Origin: Basidiobolus meristosporus CBS 931.73
Lineage: Eukaryota > Fungi > Basidiobolomycota
Direction of reading: 5' to 3'
Length of the DNA stretch: 64,000 nucleotides
Assembly: GCA_002104905.1 (NCBI GenBank)
Contig: MCFE01000038.1
Coordinates: 62,001-126,000, forward strand
The first letter of the stretch is position 1. The number at the start of each line of letters is the position of its first letter. A program made the position numbers and the translations under genes. This document shows positions 61,401 to 64,000 of this stretch, in pieces. The notes beneath the pieces were generated by a model, which saw only the letters and a program-made list of their open reading frames with translations, had not been told where the DNA came from and ran no database searches.

Positions 61401-64000
61401 CCTCAACACTTCCTCATTCCTGAGTATCTTGGTTTGTTGGCCAACCAAAGTACGAATCACATTCCCGAGGCTGTTGATATTTTGATTCATGCTGTTAATC
61501 GCGTTAACGTAGTGCTGGCTTTGTTTGCTCGCAGTCGATTCAATGAGATTCGCCTGTTTTTGGAACATTCCTTCGACTCGATCATTCATGCCACTGAGAT
61601 TGACGTTGATTTCATTTACCTTGCTAATGATGGCATTAGGAAGGGCATTACCAATGTTGGGGCGGTTGAGCTTCCTTTGCTGCTCGATCAGATATTTGAT
61701 TGCCTCCTGGAGTTCTCTCAAATTCTCGACCACTGGCTCGAGATTTTCCCCGTTCTTGGAGGCGTTCTTTTGGTATTCAGCATCCTGGATCAACTTCAGT
61801 TGATTGCCCAAGATCCTGTCCACAACGTTGCCCAGCTGCGCAAGTCGATTGTCGATTTTCTGGATTTGTTGCGAATGTCTTTCTAGAATCTGGACTACCT
61901 TTTCGTTGGAGGTTATCCGGCTTTGGCCGTCGATGATTCGGGCTATGGCACTGGTCAGCTGATTGAAGCGTTGGTTCAATCCGGCAAACTCTGCGCTCTC
62001 ATTATTCTTAACCCCACGCTGGAGAATCACCACTTGCTCCTTGGCAACCTCGGTGACAACCTGTTGGAGTTCTTGAATCTGCGAGCTAATCCGATCAATC
62101 TGTGATGCGAATTCCCTGGGAATGGCGGCGTACACTTCCTTGTTGACTAGTATCTTTTGCTGCTCGAACAGATTCTCCACTCTATCGTCTAGCTTGCGGA
62201 GCTCTTCAATGATGCTACCTATGCCCTTGCCATTCTGTTGGGTGTTGCCAATGGATTTACGAAGAAGCTCTTGCTGGCGAACAATCAAAGCGCCAAGCTC
62301 CCTTCGAAGGTTGTTCACACCCGCTCCTAACGATTGAATGTGCATATTCTGTGCCTTGATGGCATCCAGAACCCTTTCATCGTTGGCTATCTTATCTTGG
62401 CGAACGAGAATTGCGTTTATGGCCTCCCCTAGACCGGTTATTTTGTCATTCAACGCATTTACCTCACCGTGAATGATCTTGTTCTCAGACGTTGACTGGT
62501 TCTGGCCACGTTTTTGGTTCTGAATTATGACATTCTGTCGATTGCTAAGAACACGGACTTGTTCATTCATGTTGAACATGAGTTTGCTCAGGGTCTGTAT
62601 TTCGTCGACGATCTGTTTGGGGATATGGCTTATTACTTGTGGCCTTGTCAAATCGCCCTGTCGTCTGACGATGTTATTCACCGCACTACTTAGATCGGTA
62701 AACCTCTGGATTAAGAGTTCCATTCGCGAATTGTTGCCCGCCTGGTTAGGGCCATTTGCACGCAAGATCTCTGTCTGAACTGTCAGCAGTTTGGTCATCT
62801 GAGCGCGGAGTTGTTCTAGTTGTTGGTTCATTTTTTCAATACTTTCCGCTTGCTGCTGTAGTACTTTGACGACATCATCCCGCCGCAAAAGCTCTGACTG
62901 CTCAGAAAGAATCTGATTGACTGCGTTCTTGAGAGGACCGAATTCTTGGGCGATGTCGGAGACGTACTTGCTGATGGTGGTAAGGTGACGATCGTCTTTC
63001 CTCTCCAGTTGCAACAGGTTGCTTTGCCCCTGCGATAGCTTGGCAATTAGATTACCCAGAGCTGAAAAGCGGGAATTCAGATTTTCAACTACGGCTAATG
63101 CCTCCCGGGATATCTGTGAGCCAACCTCGGGATTGCCCAGCTGCTTTTGATACCCAATGATCTGGGCGACTATATCACGCAGTGCTCGAAGCTCGCCGTA
63201 TATCGGCCTAAGAACTTTGTTCGTTTCTTCTCCTGAGCCGCCATTAGAGGAATCCAGCTTCGTAAGAATAACCGACTGCTGCTCTACCAGACTGGCGAAG
63301 CGCGAGTTCAGGTCGTTCAGTTTTCGGTCCAAATTGTTGATTTGGCTTGACTGAACTTGCAGTATTTTGACGACTTGGTCGTTATTGAAAATTTTGGCTT
63401 GAGCTGCGAACGTGTCTCTCACAAAGCCCGTGAGGCCATTCAGCTGCTCCGAGAGGGTGTGTATCTCATTGATCAAGCGTTCTGGCACCTTTCTGCTAGA
63501 ATCTCTCGCAATGATTGCCATCTGGCTATTGGAGAACTGGTTCACTGACTGGATCAATTCTCCAAAGCGCGAGTCAAGCTTCCTTAACTCCTCAACAACC
63601 TCTTCAGGAACACGCCCATTCAGTTTAGCATTGAACAGTCTTCCTTGTTGCACAACTAGTTGGTTAATGAAGTTTTGAAGACCAGTAAGCTTCTCAATAA
63701 TGGCGCTATCACGGACCCTATCGCCACTATAACCAACACGTCTAAGCAGCATGGCCTGAATGCGTACGATCTCGTCCACCTTTCTGGCTAGACCCAGTAA
63801 CTCATTGTCAACCTTATCGGTCTTTCTGAGATTCTGCTTCAACAGCTCTGTATGAGTGAGGAGGATCTGTGTTTGTTCTGCATATAGGTTTTTCACATAA
63901 GACCCTAGCTGTCTGATGGAGTCCAGGATATAGCCCGCATTCTTGTTTACCTCCGCAGCGATCGCGCTTCCCTCTTTTTGACGTAAAGCACTTTGCTGTG
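58428..64000 (-). CDS. Giant intronless segmented coiled-coil repeat protein (>1850 aa, 5' end outside the window)
   Basis: The listed start at 63896 is a GTG and the frame stays open to the edge (QQSALRQKEG...). About 40-aa helical units end in L.xQQxxIL, with a higher-order period of 158-167 aa. An acidic then RG-rich tail follows. No family recognised. Confidence 0.85.
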   Translation of the reverse strand, partial: QQSALRQKEGSAIAAEVNKNAGYILDSIRQLGSYVKNLYAEQTQILLTHTELLKQNLRKTDKVDNELLGLARKVDEIVRIQAMLLRRVGYSGDRVRDSAIIEKLTGLQNFINQLVVQQGRLFNAKLNGRVPEEVVEELRKLDSRFGELIQSVNQFSNSQMAIIARDSSRKVPERLINEIHTLSEQLNGLTGFVRDTFAAQAKIFNNDQVVKILQVQSSQINNLDRKLNDLNSRFASLVEQQSVILTKLDSSNGGSGEETNKVLRPIYGELRALRDIVAQIIGYQKQLGNPEVGSQISREALAVVENLNSRFSALGNLIAKLSQGQSNLLQLERKDDRHLTTISKYVSDIAQEFGPLKNAVNQILSEQSELLRRDDVVKVLQQQAESIEKMNQQLEQLRAQMTKLLTVQTEILRANGPNQAGNNSRMELLIQRFTDLSSAVNNIVRRQGDLTRPQVISHIPKQIVDEIQTLSKLMFNMNEQVRVLSNRQNVIIQNQKRGQNQSTSENKIIHGEVNALNDKITGLGEAINAILVRQDKIANDERVLDAIKAQNMHIQSLGAGVNNLRRELGALIVRQQELLRKSIGNTQQNGKGIGSIIEELRKLDDRVENLFEQQKILVNKEVYAAIPREFASQIDRISSQIQELQQVVTEVAKEQVVILQRGVKNNESAEFAGLNQRFNQLTSAIARIIDGQSRITSNEKVVQILERHSQQIQKIDNRLAQLGNVVDRILGNQLKLIQDAEYQKNASKNGENLEPVVENLRELQEAIKYLIEQQRKLNRPNIGNALPNAIISKVNEINVNLSGMNDRVEGMFQKQANLIESTASKQSQHYVNAINSMNQNINSLGNVIRTLVGQQTKILRNEEVLRVIASELGDLKEVKSSVKSFGNQIRNLVEQQKMILANIWNLNQKKDSNLDRELLGRLAVLSRTVDTLVDKQSTLLNGEVISAASKEILQRIGSLNQRFNSINGSLGSISDLQKQLVYVSRNLLNQDMSPKIATYLSELRKRFNDLIQVVASISDSQRELMGRKELLNILRTHSRDIRTVGRAVQAVDEKVGVLINQQKELYDLIERKGYNKQSPDGRNGYSIIMTRLQGLEKSIGLLLAGHRRLEEIEKSNTKQVTGQINGSTQFLGDKLGRLSAFIDQIRAEQQSIIGIVQNTNAVSSEIINRVTKVDGDIKNLDDVLRQLGQEQHEVNVKVTQLLGLPQDLKEVKQRLVSLSNLTNKLINQQMQLYQVTVDGNRQPDVNVPNQPGNYDRALRYRLSELFQLMQQLTIQQNSLMKAENKNSQKHSQEISALASRVFKVEQTVTSLLGEQQRLLERNYKDSIGGLKTLDNKFDLLNEAVRQLVDQQQKIMKLAGLGRLVVQQSKDIRGVRDKLTILTDVVNQLVNQQKDLLVRTRYEQGYITNNELERKFAELKDTVLNIVKQQRIIVERDIYQRERNGSDKSDNSGESISSKLEYRVEQVTDLMKQLVLQQKETILHLSRKSSSNSVRDIGQISSKILQLNELTKQLFAEQTSVIQRGFDSLSKQQVTGFQRIDYQLEDLRSELKKFSNRGNDVLDRRIQALSQQQSRDTNQLNNRLSQISKMLERIAKRPAPQENKGLTEIRAKLNRLENAISRILGKLDKGGNVHLSQEQIEELIRVSHRLPNINKSVENLALIEEIGDPDYIQELVEVEQSLDEYGKTVVGISGSMTETSMDAGDGFVSNDLDVLDINSDGLFGDDDLGLSQVGDTIVVKGSVVSQRRVKSRNSRGHGHSLGRGRGLGRNRGLGRGQSKMVRGRNAGYATGSSKSVRKGKSATRYRHSSGLKHSVSKATTGNRRAYNSPSSLHNGYEYRQGFWYPENKQFEKISQGY

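Overview
Eukaryotic, fungal-type genomic DNA with short GT-AG introns. The gene set and style suggest an early-diverging fungus; that is inference only. The window has two sharply separated compartments. (1) About 1-44 kb is a CpG-depleted nest of transposons. It can be resolved into at least five copies of one CACTA/CMC-type DNA transposon (CCCTR termini, 3-bp TSDs, divergent transposase plus an unknown accessory gene with ~69-aa repeats) inserted into each other. It also holds a 3.77-kb PIF/Harbinger-type (PHIS) element with atypical termini and its 734-bp foldback MITEs, a near-intact 4.68-kb Ty1/copia with a half-tRNA(iMet) type PBS, decayed copia and Ty3/gypsy (chromovirus) pieces, and four solo LTRs with TSDs. 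(2) About 44-64 kb is CpG-normal and gene-dense: Cdc25/Mih1 phosphatase, a Cid1-family terminal nucleotidyltransferase, RPS7, an Hst2/SIRT2-type sirtuin, a PKA catalytic subunit, an Oca1-like phosphatase, and a >1850-aa intronless segmented coiled-coil protein of unknown family that runs off the right edge. The best candidates for something undescribed are the self-nesting CACTA family and its accessory gene, the PHIS/MITE family, the giant coiled-coil protein, and a competing intron hairpin in RPS7. All alignments and counts were done by eye.
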